A stretch of 64,000 nucleotides of DNA from NCBI GenBank assembly GCA_965237415.1, contig CBDEFM010000002.1, forward strand, positions 1,120,001 to 1,184,000, read 5' to 3'. This document shows, piece by piece, positions 28,482-38,197 of the stretch (position 1 is the first letter of the stretch; the number at the start of each line of letters is the position of its first letter). A program made the position numbers and the translations under genes. The DNA comes from Alphaproteobacteria bacterium. Lineage in GTDB: Bacteria > Pseudomonadota > Alphaproteobacteria > UBA828. A model generated the notes under the pieces. That model was not told the DNA's origin, searched no databases, and saw only the letters and a program-made list of their open reading frames with translations.

Positions 28482-28658
28482 GGGCGAACATGTATGCCTC
28501 TCTGGCAGCCGGTGGGTCGCTCGACTGCGCCGGGATAGTGCCAAGGCGTCGGCGGCCCTGTCGGTCGGCCGCCTGTCACGATCACCCTCCCGCCGCCAAT
28601 TCGGCGACCGAGCGGAGGAGTGGATGCGGACGATCAGTGCCGCCCGGCGGTGGCGGGC

Positions 28659-29108
28659 TCACGTTGCGATCGGATTAATCGCTGCTAGTCCTTCGCTGCC
28701 CGCCGCTTCGCAGAGGCGCGTGTCCGCACACACAAACGTCACCGGCTCCGGCATGCCGTGACGAACCACGAGACAGCCCGCGAGTTGAAGCGCGTCGTAG
28801 GCCCTGAGCGGGTGCCGGTCGATCAGCCGGGCGGCTTCCTCCATCACTGCCGAGGTCGAGGGCTGCACTAGGAAGAGCGACGAGGCATCGTCTTCGATCT
28901 GCCGCAAGACCCGATCCGCGTCCGCCGCTGCTATGTCGCCCTCACGTTCGCGCCGGCGGATTGCCGATCGGGCTTCAACCGGAGTGAGGTCGAGAATGAC
29001 CGCATGGCCGTCCTCGGCGTCTTCCACGACGTGCGTGACCCGATCCGTCCCGGCTTCCTCGATGTAGAACTTGAGCAGCGCACTCGTGTCGAGATAGACG
29101 CTTGACAT
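28659..29108 (-). CDS. PIN-domain (VapC-like) toxin
   Basis: YLDTSALLKFYIEE.G, VEARSA, LRAYDALQLA, FVCAD.RL. Confidence 0.92.
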   Translation of the reverse strand: MSSVYLDTSALLKFYIEEAGTDRVTHVVEDAEDGHAVILDLTPVEARSAIRRREREGDIAAADADRVLRQIEDDASSLFLVQPSTSAVMEEAARLIDRHPLRAYDALQLAGCLVVRHGMPEPVTFVCADTRLCEAAGSEGLAAINPIAT

Positions 29109-29117
29109 TGGACCCCT

Positions 29118-29786
29118 TCAGCGTCTGTCGCCGAGAACGGTGTCTGCGATCGCACCTCCCCGTATGCGCACCCGCTCGAACCCGGTACGGCGAGGCGGCG
29201 ACTCTGTCCCGAACCGCGGATGACGCCGATTGACCCGTATCGCGGTGACCGGGTGGAGCGGGTTGTTCGGGTTGGGGACCTGGCTGGTCAGGATTAGGCG
29301 CTGCTCGGTCGCGCGGCGCAGCAGGGCGCCGCTGTTCCTCGCATCGCGCGCCCAGCCGTAACCGCGCTCGGGCAGGTATTGATCGCGGAACCATCTAAGA
29401 GCCACGAACCGCCGCGTGCCTTCGACTTCCGCGAGCGCCTCGAGGAGCTGGTCCATGGCCGCCTCGCGATCAAACGCACCGTCCTTGCCGTCGTCGCCAT
29501 CCGGCAGGCTCCCGTTGCCTGGGCCATCTTCGTCATGAGGGTCCTCGGAGGGCACGAAGCTGATGACCACCTCGCAGTAATCCGGGACGAAGTAGCTGGC
29601 GTCCGCGTCCTTGCGGATCTTCCTGTGCTGCTTCCCGTTCCAGTACCGAATGCTCACCCGGGGCTCATAGTCGCCGAGCGGCAGTTGCCGCAATCCCCGC
29701 AACGCTGGCGGCAGGGCCGACATCTTCAGACTCTTCAAGTTCGCGAGACTTTGCTCGATATCGAGCGTAACGTCCTGAATCTGCAT
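29118..29786 (-). CDS. Hypothetical protein; putative large antitoxin partner of the PIN toxin
   Basis: Ends 9 bp upstream of the toxin start; C-terminal RVRIRGGAIADTVLGDRR resembles VapC-neutralising tails. Confidence 0.65.
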   Translation of the reverse strand: MQIQDVTLDIEQSLANLKSLKMSALPPALRGLRQLPLGDYEPRVSIRYWNGKQHRKIRKDADASYFVPDYCEVVISFVPSEDPHDEDGPGNGSLPDGDDGKDGAFDREAAMDQLLEALAEVEGTRRFVALRWFRDQYLPERGYGWARDARNSGALLRRATEQRLILTSQVPNPNNPLHPVTAIRVNRRHPRFGTESPPRRTGFERVRIRGGAIADTVLGDRR

Positions 29787-29986
29787 TGCACCCCCCATTT
29801 AAAATCGAGATATTATTTAAATCGTATCTAGATCGGTAAGAAAATATAACGCGCTTTGCCAGCATTGCAAGCAAAGTGATCGAATGCGGCCGTTGGTGGG
29901 AGAGCCAAGCACCCCGCCCGCAGGGACGCGGACGGAACGTGCGATGACCGGGCGTTGCCTCGGAGCCGCAGCCGCTGCCTGCTCCC

Positions 29987-30745
29987 CTACTCCGCGGCTT
30001 CGGCGACGTCGTCGGCGGTCCCGAAGTGGCGGAACATGCCGGTGAAGTGCTTGCGCTCGGGCGGGCGGTAAGTCTTGCGCTTGCTGGTCTTGAGCCCGAG
30101 ATCGACCAGCAGCTCAGCCTGCTTGGTGGCGCAGACCACACCGTCGAGGACCGGCACCCCGAGCTCGGCTTCGAGCTCGGCCGCGAAGCGCGCGAAGCCG
30201 GCGCAGCCAAGACAGACAGCCTCGGCGTCGTCCTCCTCCACCGAGCGCCGCACCTCGTCCCTTAGCTTCTCCATCGAGCCTTCCGGGTCGCGCTCGATGT
30301 CCAGCACGTAGAGCGGCGTGGTGCGGATGGCGACGATCCGTTCCGTCATGCCGTAGCTGTGCACCATCTCTTCGAGCAGGGTGCGGACGCGGGGAATCAC
30401 CGAAACGACGGAGAAGCGGGCAGCGACCATGGAGGCTGTGTAGAACGAGGCCTCGGCGATGCCGACCACCGGCTTCTCGGTCATCTCGCGCGCGGCGTGA
30501 AGCCCTGGATCGCCGTAGCAGGCGATGACATAGGCGTCGACGCCTTCGCTCTTTCCCTTTCGCACCTCGTCGAGGACGCCGCAGGCCGCGACCTGCTCGT
30601 CGTAGTAGCTCTCGATCGAGGCCGGCCCGAATTCGGGGCTCACCGCCACGATCTCGGTGCCGGCCCGCGCGACGGAGCGCGCGGCCTCGCCGATCCCCTC
30701 GGTCATCTCCATGGTGGTGTTGGGGTTGATCACCTTGATCTTCAT
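29987..30745 (-). CDS. Hydantoin racemase (Asp/Glu racemase family)
   Basis: INPNT, GPASIE, IACYGDPG, LGCAG, VPVLDGV. Confidence 0.92.
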   Translation of the reverse strand: MKIKVINPNTTMEMTEGIGEAARSVARAGTEIVAVSPEFGPASIESYYDEQVAACGVLDEVRKGKSEGVDAYVIACYGDPGLHAAREMTEKPVVGIAEASFYTASMVAARFSVVSVIPRVRTLLEEMVHSYGMTERIVAIRTTPLYVLDIERDPEGSMEKLRDEVRRSVEEDDAEAVCLGCAGFARFAAELEAELGVPVLDGVVCATKQAELLVDLGLKTSKRKTYRPPERKHFTGMFRHFGTADDVAEAAE

Positions 30746-30787
30746 CGGCGTGTCTCCCTATCCGCTTCCGCGCCGTCGGCACGGTTC

Positions 30788-30846
30788 CCCCACCTCACCC
30801 CGGCCCTCTCCGCCCTTCAGGGGGGAGAGGGACAGGGAGAGGTGGG
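30788..30846. repeat. Alphaproteobacterial REP/RIME-like palindrome
   Basis: Nested arms CCCACCTC/GAGGTGGG and CCCTCTCC/GGAGAGGG in the intergenic space. Confidence 0.75.
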
Positions 30847-30858
30847 TGCGTTCTCGTT

Positions 30859-32637
30859 CTATCCTTCCAGCGCAGAGGCGCGCCGAGCTTCGGTGGCCGC
30901 GACGTCAAGCTCATCTGCCTCGGTGACGATGACACCATAGAATCTCTCGGCCGTCCGGCGAGAGATGTAGCCGTCGCGCACGTCTTCGGCGACCGCCGCG
31001 GGTGGGCGCTCGGCGGCCTCGCCGTAGCCGCCGCCGCAGGTGCCGGTGAGTGTGAGGCTCTCGCCGGCCTTGACCGCGCGGTTCGGCATCATCGAGGGGA
31101 ACGGAATATCCTCGCCGTCGGCGCGGTGATAGACCAGCGCCGCTTCGCGCCCCTCCTCGCCGCCGTCGAAGCCCCAGGGGCGGAAGGCGTGGCCGTCGCC
31201 TTCGACCGAAATTGAGCTGTCGGCGAGGAAGGATACTTGGCGGATGGAGCCGATGCCGCCGCGCCAGCGCCCGGCCGCGGACGCGTCGTCGCGCAGCTCA
31301 TAGCGCCGGATGCGGAGCGGCAGGTGGGACTCGATATCCTCGATCGGGTTGTTGCGGGTGTTGGCGTAGAGGGTGTCCACCGCGTCCATTCCGTCCTTGC
31401 CGGCGCGCCCGCCGTAGCTGCCCTCGTGGATATCCATGTGCACCCAGTGGCCGCCGTCCTTGATACCTGAGAACGCCACCACCTTGAGGTTGCCGACGCC
31501 GGCGGAGACCTTATCGGGCACCGCCTGGGCCAGCGCCTTCATCAGCGTGTCGGCAACGATGTTGCCGGAGACGAAGCGCGCGATGGTGGGCGCCGGGAAG
31601 GTGGGATTGGCGATGGTTCCTTCCGGCGCCTTGATGATAATCGGGCGGATCAGGCCTGAGTTCTGCGGGATGTGGCCGAAAGTCTCACTGTCGAGGAGGA
31701 TCGAGCGGACCGTCAGCCAGATCGCGCAATCGACCGTGCCCTCGAGCGGCATGTTGATGGGCCGGTCGTCGCACTGCCGCGCGGTGCCGTCGAGGTCCAC
31801 CACCAGTTCGCTGCCCTTCACGGTGACGGCGACGGCGATCTTGAAGTGGCGCCGGTCGGGGTCGTCGAGGAAGCCGTCCACATGGCCCTCGGCCCGGTAT
31901 GTGCCATCGGGCAGCGCCTCGATCGCCTGGCGCATGAGCCGCTCGGAATAGTCCATGAGCGCGTCGGCCGCCGCCTCGACCGTGTCGAGCCCGTGGCGCT
32001 CGATCAGCGCGAGGTAGCGCTCGGCGCCGATGCGGCTGGCCGCGACCTGCGCCTCCATATCGCCGACTACCATGTCCGGCGCGCGGATGTTGTCGCGCAT
32101 CATGTGCCAGAGCGCCTCGTTCGCAACGCCCCTGTCGTAGGCCTTGAGCGCCTTGAACTGGAGGCCCTCGGCATAGGCGTCCATCGCGTCGACGATGCCG
32201 CAGCTACCGGGGCTGAGCGCGCCGATATCGAGATGATGCGCGGTGGTGACGGCATAGCCGACCAGGGCGCTGTGGCGGAAGACCGGCACGATGAAGGCCA
32301 CGTCCGGCCCGTGGCTTGCGCCGTGATAGGCGGAGTTGTGAATGATGACGTCGCCCTCGTGCAGGGTCTGGCCGCGCTCCTCGAGAATCTGGTTCATCCC
32401 CTTCACGTAGCCGGGGATCGGCCCCGATTGGAGCGGCGTCGAGTGCACCGATTCGCAGAGCTGACGGCCGTGGCGGTCGATGATCGCCGCGCCGAAATCC
32501 TCGGATTCGCGGATGATCGAGGAATACGACATGCGCATGAGCTTCCAGCCCATCTCGACCGCGATGCTCTCCAGCGCGCCCTGGATCACGCTGGCGGTGA
32601 CGGCGTCGATGGGGCGGCGGTTCGGCGTCTCTGCCAT
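30859..32637 (-). CDS. Hydantoinase B / oxoprolinase family protein
   Basis: SSIIRESEDF, SHGPD, HHLDIG, EGLQ, GGGYG. Confidence 0.92.
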   Translation of the reverse strand: MAETPNRRPIDAVTASVIQGALESIAVEMGWKLMRMSYSSIIRESEDFGAAIIDRHGRQLCESVHSTPLQSGPIPGYVKGMNQILEERGQTLHEGDVIIHNSAYHGASHGPDVAFIVPVFRHSALVGYAVTTAHHLDIGALSPGSCGIVDAMDAYAEGLQFKALKAYDRGVANEALWHMMRDNIRAPDMVVGDMEAQVAASRIGAERYLALIERHGLDTVEAAADALMDYSERLMRQAIEALPDGTYRAEGHVDGFLDDPDRRHFKIAVAVTVKGSELVVDLDGTARQCDDRPINMPLEGTVDCAIWLTVRSILLDSETFGHIPQNSGLIRPIIIKAPEGTIANPTFPAPTIARFVSGNIVADTLMKALAQAVPDKVSAGVGNLKVVAFSGIKDGGHWVHMDIHEGSYGGRAGKDGMDAVDTLYANTRNNPIEDIESHLPLRIRRYELRDDASAAGRWRGGIGSIRQVSFLADSSISVEGDGHAFRPWGFDGGEEGREAALVYHRADGEDIPFPSMMPNRAVKAGESLTLTGTCGGGYGEAAERPPAAVAEDVRDGYISRRTAERFYGVIVTEADELDVAATEARRASALEG

Positions 32638-32640
32638 GGC

Positions 32641-34719
32641 TCAATCCTCCTCGCCCAGGCGCAGGATGAGGTTCGCGCTCTTGTCCACGCGCACTGACCA
32701 GCCGGGCGGCACCACGGTGGTGGCGTCCGTTTGCACGATAATCGCGGGGCCGGGGATCGGCGCATCCACCGGCAGCGCGTCCCGCCGGTAGAAAGCCGTG
32801 TCATAGCCTTCGAGCGCGCCGTCCACGCGGAAGACCGAGCGCGCGGTCTTGACCCGTGCCTCCTCCAGCGACCCGCCGGTGGGCTCCGGCGGTGCCGCGA
32901 TCTTCGGCATGCGGCCAACCCCGGTGATGCGGATGTTGACGATCTCGATGGGGCTCTCCGTGAAGCAGTGGCCGTACTCCTGCTCGTGCAACGCATGGAA
33001 AGCCTGCCAGACCTCCTCCAGCCCGGCCTCGTCCAACCCGTCCGTCGGGAACGACACGCGCAGCTCGTAGCCTTGGCCGACATAGCGCAGATCGCCGGCG
33101 CGCCTCTCCTCCACCCGGTCGGCGCCGAGCCCGGCGGCCTCGTACTGAGCCAGGAGGTCACGGCTCAGCCGCGCAAAATCACGGTTGATCCGCTCGATAT
33201 CCACCGCACCCTTGACCTGGAAGGCCGTCATGATCTGGTCGTACTTGAGGTCGGTGGTGAGCAGGCCCGCCGCCGACGTGATGCCGGGATGAGGCGGCAC
33301 CAGAACCTCGGGCACGTCGAGCATCGCCGCGACCTCGGCGCCATGCAGCGGGCCGGCGCCGCCGAAGGCGACGAGCGAGAATTCGCGTGGGTCCAGTCCC
33401 TTCTGCACCGTCTTGGAGCGGATGGCGTTCGCCATGTTGGCGTTGACGATGGTGAGCACACCCTCGGCGGCCTCGTGCTTGTCGATGCCGAGTGTCTCCG
33501 CGAGGTCCGTGAGCGCCTCGTCGGCGCGCTCCGGCGCAAGCGTCATCTCGCCACCGAGAAAGTTGTCCGCGTCCAGCCGGCCGAGTACGATGTTGGCGTC
33601 GGTCACCGTCGGCGCGCTGCCGCCACGCCCGTAGCAGGCGGGGCCGGGCTCGGAGCCCGCGCTCTCCGGCCCTACCTTGAAGGCGCCGCCCGCGTCGATA
33701 CGCGCGATGCTGCCGCCGCCGGCACCGATGGTCGTGATGTCGATCATGGGCACCAGCACCGGGTAGCCGCCGATCCAGGTGTCGCGCGCGGTAGCCTCGT
33801 TGTAGTGGCCGTCGATCACGATGCCGATGTCGGCGCTGGTGCCGCCCACGTCGAAAGTAATGAGGCGCCGGCGCCCGGAGTGCTCCGCCGCCCAGGCGCC
33901 GCCGAGCACACCGGCGGCCGGCCCCGACATGAGGGTGATGACCGGCACGTCCGCCACCATCGCCGCGGTCGCGACGCCGCCGTTCGACCCCATGATGTGG
34001 AGATCGCCCGCGACTCCCGCCTGCTTCAACCGGTCCTCGAAGCGGCGCACGTAGTTGCGGACCTTGGGGCCGATGAAGGCGTTCATCGCCGCCGTCGTAA
34101 AGCGCTCGAACTCGCGAAACTGCGGCGCGACCCGGGCCGATGTGGTGACGAAGGCTTCCGGCCATTCCTCCAGTACAATGGCACGCGCGCGCTCCTCATG
34201 CGTGGGGTCGATGTAGGCGAAGAGGAAGCAGATGGCGACCGCCTCCACGCCCTTCTCGCGGAGCGTGCGGGCGGCCTGGCGCACGCCCTCTTCGTCCAGC
34301 GGCTCCAGCACGGCGCCCTGCGGCGGCACCCGCCTCTCCCGCACGGTGAGGCGGTGGCGGCGACGCACGAGCGGACGCGCCTGCCACGGGATGTCCTGCA
34401 TGATCGAGTAATTCTGCGGCCGCTGGTGGCGGCCGATGTGGATAATGTCGCGGTAGCCGGCCGAGGTGATCATGCCGGTCTCGGCGCCGTCGTACTGAAG
34501 CACCGCGTTGGTCGAGATCGTGGTGCCGTGGAAAACGTGGGCGATCGCGTCCGGTGCCGTGCCGCTCCGCTCGCAGAGCACGGCGATGCCCGCCGCGGCG
34601 CCCTCCGACGGATCGTCCGGCGTGGTGGGCACCTTGTGAATCGCGCTCTCGCGCGTCTCGCTATCGCTGATGATGAGATCGGTAAAAGTGCCGCCGACAT
34701 CGACGCCGATTAACTTCAT
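32641..34719 (-). CDS. Hydantoinase A / oxoprolinase family protein
   Basis: DVGGTFTD, HGTT, SGPAAG, DVGGTSAD, IGAGGGS, GPACYG. Confidence 0.93.
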   Translation of the reverse strand: MKLIGVDVGGTFTDLIISDSETRESAIHKVPTTPDDPSEGAAAGIAVLCERSGTAPDAIAHVFHGTTISTNAVLQYDGAETGMITSAGYRDIIHIGRHQRPQNYSIMQDIPWQARPLVRRRHRLTVRERRVPPQGAVLEPLDEEGVRQAARTLREKGVEAVAICFLFAYIDPTHEERARAIVLEEWPEAFVTTSARVAPQFREFERFTTAAMNAFIGPKVRNYVRRFEDRLKQAGVAGDLHIMGSNGGVATAAMVADVPVITLMSGPAAGVLGGAWAAEHSGRRRLITFDVGGTSADIGIVIDGHYNEATARDTWIGGYPVLVPMIDITTIGAGGGSIARIDAGGAFKVGPESAGSEPGPACYGRGGSAPTVTDANIVLGRLDADNFLGGEMTLAPERADEALTDLAETLGIDKHEAAEGVLTIVNANMANAIRSKTVQKGLDPREFSLVAFGGAGPLHGAEVAAMLDVPEVLVPPHPGITSAAGLLTTDLKYDQIMTAFQVKGAVDIERINRDFARLSRDLLAQYEAAGLGADRVEERRAGDLRYVGQGYELRVSFPTDGLDEAGLEEVWQAFHALHEQEYGHCFTESPIEIVNIRITGVGRMPKIAAPPEPTGGSLEEARVKTARSVFRVDGALEGYDTAFYRRDALPVDAPIPGPAIIVQTDATTVVPPGWSVRVDKSANLILRLGEED

Positions 34720-34864
34720 GGGCAGTCCGCTCGCTCTGGCGGCCCGGCGGCCGCGCCTGGTCGTTGCGTCTCTGCCGCCTCGCACCGGCGGCGGCGGGGC
34801 AGTGTCTTACCCGGATCGAAGCGGGTCAAGCGAACCGGCCTAACCGTCCGGCGTCGGGTCGGCC

Positions 34865-36110
34865 TGTCGAGAACAATCTGAGTTGGCCGGTTTATGTACC
34901 ATATGAGTTGACCGCTTCTGTTGCGGTTGCTGGCTCTGTGGGGAAGTGGTCGGGCGCGGCGCGGCTGTCCACTTGTCCACAGGGCGCCGGTCGGTCGCGT
35001 CGAAGCGGATCACGCGGCCTCTCGGGTTTGGCTGTCGATCGGTTGGCCATCGGCGTGGTATCGCGCCAGACATCGCGGTCCATGGAAGACGGCCATTGTG
35101 CCGTCGGGGTATTCGTGGACGCGGACCCTGGCCTTGACGTAATGGCGGCGGTGGCGGCCGGCGGGGAGCTGCAGGAGCCTGCGCTTGTAGCGCACCGTGT
35201 TGTCGTTTGAGACGGTGCGTTCCTCGTGGATGCAGAGGATGTCGTCGAGCGCGCCGGTGAAGGGGACGAAGGCGGTGCCCTGGTCCTCGGCCGGGGTCGC
35301 GAAGCGGGCGTTGTGTTGTGGCAGGAAGAGCTCCTTGAGGAAGCGGTTGGCCTCTGCGATCTCGGTGATGCCGGCGAGCCTGAGTTCCTGGGGCAGGCGC
35401 TTCTGCAGGGTGGCGAACATGCGCTCCGAGCGCCCCCTTGCCTCGGGCGAATAGGCCGGGATCGACTCGATGCCGAGCTGCGCCAGGGCGCGGCCGACCT
35501 GGGTCGGGGTGTCCTTGTCCACCTTGCCGCCGGCCTCGGGCGTGTTCCAGTAGTGGCTGGCGCGGTCGGCGTAGAGCGAGCAGAACAGGCCCTTGGCCCG
35601 GATCGCCTCGGACACCCCCTGGAAGCTCGACATGGTGCCCTCTTCGGCGACGAAGAAGGCCGAGTAGATCTCGCTGGTCGCATCGTCCATGGTGACGATC
35701 AGGTCCCACCATCGAGCGGGGACCCACGCGTGGCTCGAGCCGTCCTGATGCAGCATCATGCCGGGGAGCGCGCGGCGCGGCCGCTTGCGCCGGTGCGCCC
35801 CACGCCTGGGCGCCGCGCGCCTGCGCCCATGGGCTTGCAAGCTCAGCCGCAGCCAGTTGTAGCTGCGCTTGAAGCCGTGATCGGCCACCAGCTTCTCGTG
35901 GAAGTGCTTGGCCGTGAAGTCCCAGTAGCGGGTGTCGAACAACTCCAGCACCCGCGCCACCTCGTCCGCCGGCGCGCGCCGCGCCGAGAGGCGGCCCAGG
36001 CGGCGGTCGTAGAGACCGTCGGCTCCCTCCGCCTCGTAGCGGTCGCGCCAGCGTCGCAAGGTGTGCTCCGAGACACCCAGAACCTGCGCCGCCTCGCTGC
36101 GCCCGTGCTC
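34865..36110 (-). mobile_element. 5'-truncated insertion sequence, ISNCY/IS1202-like
   Basis: End begins TGTCGAG with repeated TGAGTTGRCCG (34879, 34904); other end not found. Confidence 0.78.
35010..36110 (-). pseudogene. DDE transposase lacking its native N-terminus
   Basis: EAAQVLGVSEHTLRRW HTH, LHQDGS.H.W, MDDAT, YADR, RGRSERMF.TLQ.RL; no proper start upstream of the HTH. Confidence 0.85.
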
Positions 36111-36234
36111 GTACAGGGCCGGTGCGCAGGCGTTGCGCCGCTTCTGAAATCCCAGTCTATAGCGAAGTGCGGCCCCGTCGTGGCCGCCGGCGATCGCGCA
36201 CCACTTGCCGCCGGGATCGTCCTGCCGCAGTTCC

Positions 36235-36891
36235 CTATGCCCCGATGCCGTCGGCGCGGCGTTCCAGTGCCGCGATGGCGTCGGCGGCGGTAACGGGCCG
36301 GCCGGCGTTGGTGAGCGCCCGGATGAGCGTCAGCGCCGCCTCGTGGCCCTGCGCGCTGGTACCGGCCACACAGTCCTCCAGAACGCACACCTTGTAATCG
36401 CGCTGATAGGCGTCGCCCGTGGTCCAGAGCACGCAGACGTCGCTGCAGACGCCTGCGATCAGGAGCGTGTCGACCCCCAAGCGACGCAGGTTCATGTCGA
36501 GCTCGGTGCCGACGAAGATGCTGAAGCGCCGCTTGAGGATGCGCATGTCGCCGCGCTCGGGCGCCAGCTCGTCGACGATCTCGAAGCCCTCCGTACCTTC
36601 GATACAGGGCGGTGCCGGCGGCGCGCCGGGCGCGGCGCGGGGATGCTTGCCGGTGACCCAGCCGCTCCGCCCGTCCCAGAGGAGGCGCCCGCCGTCGAGC
36701 CCGTCGGCGCGGTGTACCTCCTGGCTGAACACGATCGGCACCTGCGCGCGCCGGGCCGCGGCGATCACCCGGCCAATCCGTGTCACCATCCGCTCTGCTC
36801 CGATCGCGTAGGAGCCGACATCATGGTCGACGAAATCGTTCTGCATATCGACCACAGCCAGCGCAGGCTGTCCGATCTCCAGTGCGTCCAT
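36235..36891 (-). CDS. Isochorismatase-family cysteine hydrolase
   Basis: VVDMQNDF, KRRFS.F.GT.L, GVCSDVCV..T..DA. Confidence 0.92.
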   Translation of the reverse strand: MDALEIGQPALAVVDMQNDFVDHDVGSYAIGAERMVTRIGRVIAAARRAQVPIVFSQEVHRADGLDGGRLLWDGRSGWVTGKHPRAAPGAPPAPPCIEGTEGFEIVDELAPERGDMRILKRRFSIFVGTELDMNLRRLGVDTLLIAGVCSDVCVLWTTGDAYQRDYKVCVLEDCVAGTSAQGHEAALTLIRALTNAGRPVTAADAIAALERRADGIGA

Positions 36892-37012
36892 CCGTGCGTC
36901 CTCCGATCGCTTCGGCCCGTGCACAACATCGTCGCCGGAAGCCGGCGCAGGCAAGACCGTGGGCTCTCAGCCGATGCGATGCGATCTATCCAGGAGAATC
37001 GAGCACGGCCGG

Positions 37013-37477
37013 CTACTGCGTGTCCTTCATGTTCATCCCGTCGTGTTCCATGTCGCCGCCGTGGTCCTTCATCTCTCCGTGCGTGTGCTCGGCTTGGCCA
37101 GAGTCGGCGCCGAACTGTAATTTCGTGACGACGCGGTCCCGCGTCGGGCCGCTGACATCCAGTGTCAAGGCCCACTCGCCGTGCATGTCGAGCTCCAACC
37201 GGGCGGTGTAGTGGCCGGGCATCGAACCGGGCGCCGCCATTACGGGTCGAACATTATGGGCCAACGGCATCGACGACATGTCGGCCTTGATGACGACCTC
37301 GGCCCCTTCCACGGGTTCGCCGCTCTTCTTGCCCTTCAGCATGATCATGCAGTCGTAGGCCAGCCTCTCCGCCGCCGCCTCGCAGCTTATGTCGGCGGCC
37401 ACGCGCTCGCCCGCCGTCGCCGTAACGCCCGCCATCAGCATCGCCGATAGCACCAAACCTGCGATCGAGGTACGCAT
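37013..37477 (-). CDS. Secreted YtkA/FixH-like protein with His/Met-rich tail
   Basis: Signal peptide; G.PV.GA.V...ADM..M...H; PGHY...L.M.GEW. Confidence 0.75.
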   Translation of the reverse strand: MRTSIAGLVLSAMLMAGVTATAGERVAADISCEAAAERLAYDCMIMLKGKKSGEPVEGAEVVIKADMSSMPLAHNVRPVMAAPGSMPGHYTARLELDMHGEWALTLDVSGPTRDRVVTKLQFGADSGQAEHTHGEMKDHGGDMEHDGMNMKDTQ

Positions 37478-37480
37478 CGC

Positions 37481-38197
37481 TCACCCTCCTCGCTTCAGAC
37501 CCAGATAGGCACTGACCAACAGCTCGTGTTCGGCAAGCTCCACAGCCTTGCCGTCCAATATGATCCGTCCGCCTTCCAGGACATAGCCCCTGTCCGCGAT
37601 CGCCAGGGCTTGCCGGACGTTCTGCTCGACCAGCAGGATCGTCACGCCGGAGTCCCTCAACCTGGCGATCAGGGCAAAGACCTCCTGCGCGGCGATCGGG
37701 GCAAGGCCGAGCGAGGGCTCGTCGAGCATCAACAGCTTTGGCCGGGCCATCAGCCCGCGGGCCAGCGCCAGCATCTGGGCCTGGCCGCCGCTCAACGCCG
37801 CGCCCCGTTCGTCGAGCCGGTCACGCAGCATGGGGAATAATTCGAGCACGCGATCGATATCCGCATCGGCCCTGGCGCGGCCGGGCACATTGTAGGCTCC
37901 CAGCCGCAGGTTCTGCGCGATGGTGAGCCCGCCGAAGATCAAGCGACCCTCCGGCACCTGCGCAATACCGCGTCGCATGATCCGGTGCGGCGGCAAGCGG
38001 GTAATCGGCTGTCCGAGAAAGCGAATGTGCCCGCCGGCCGACCGCTCGATACCGCACACCGCGTGCATGGTCGAGCTCTTGCCGGCGCCGTTGGCGCCGA
38101 TCAGTGCGACGATCTCTCCCTCCTCGACCGCCAGCGACACACCCTGGACGGCGCGCACCTTGCCGTAGCTGACTTGCAGGTCGCGGATCTCAAGCAT
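37481..38197 (-). CDS. Branched-chain-type ABC ATPase (LivF-like)
   Basis: GANGAGKS, LSGGQ, LDEPSLGLAP, VEQN. Confidence 0.93.
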   Translation of the reverse strand: MLEIRDLQVSYGKVRAVQGVSLAVEEGEIVALIGANGAGKSSTMHAVCGIERSAGGHIRFLGQPITRLPPHRIMRRGIAQVPEGRLIFGGLTIAQNLRLGAYNVPGRARADADIDRVLELFPMLRDRLDERGAALSGGQAQMLALARGLMARPKLLMLDEPSLGLAPIAAQEVFALIARLRDSGVTILLVEQNVRQALAIADRGYVLEGGRIILDGKAVELAEHELLVSAYLGLKRGG

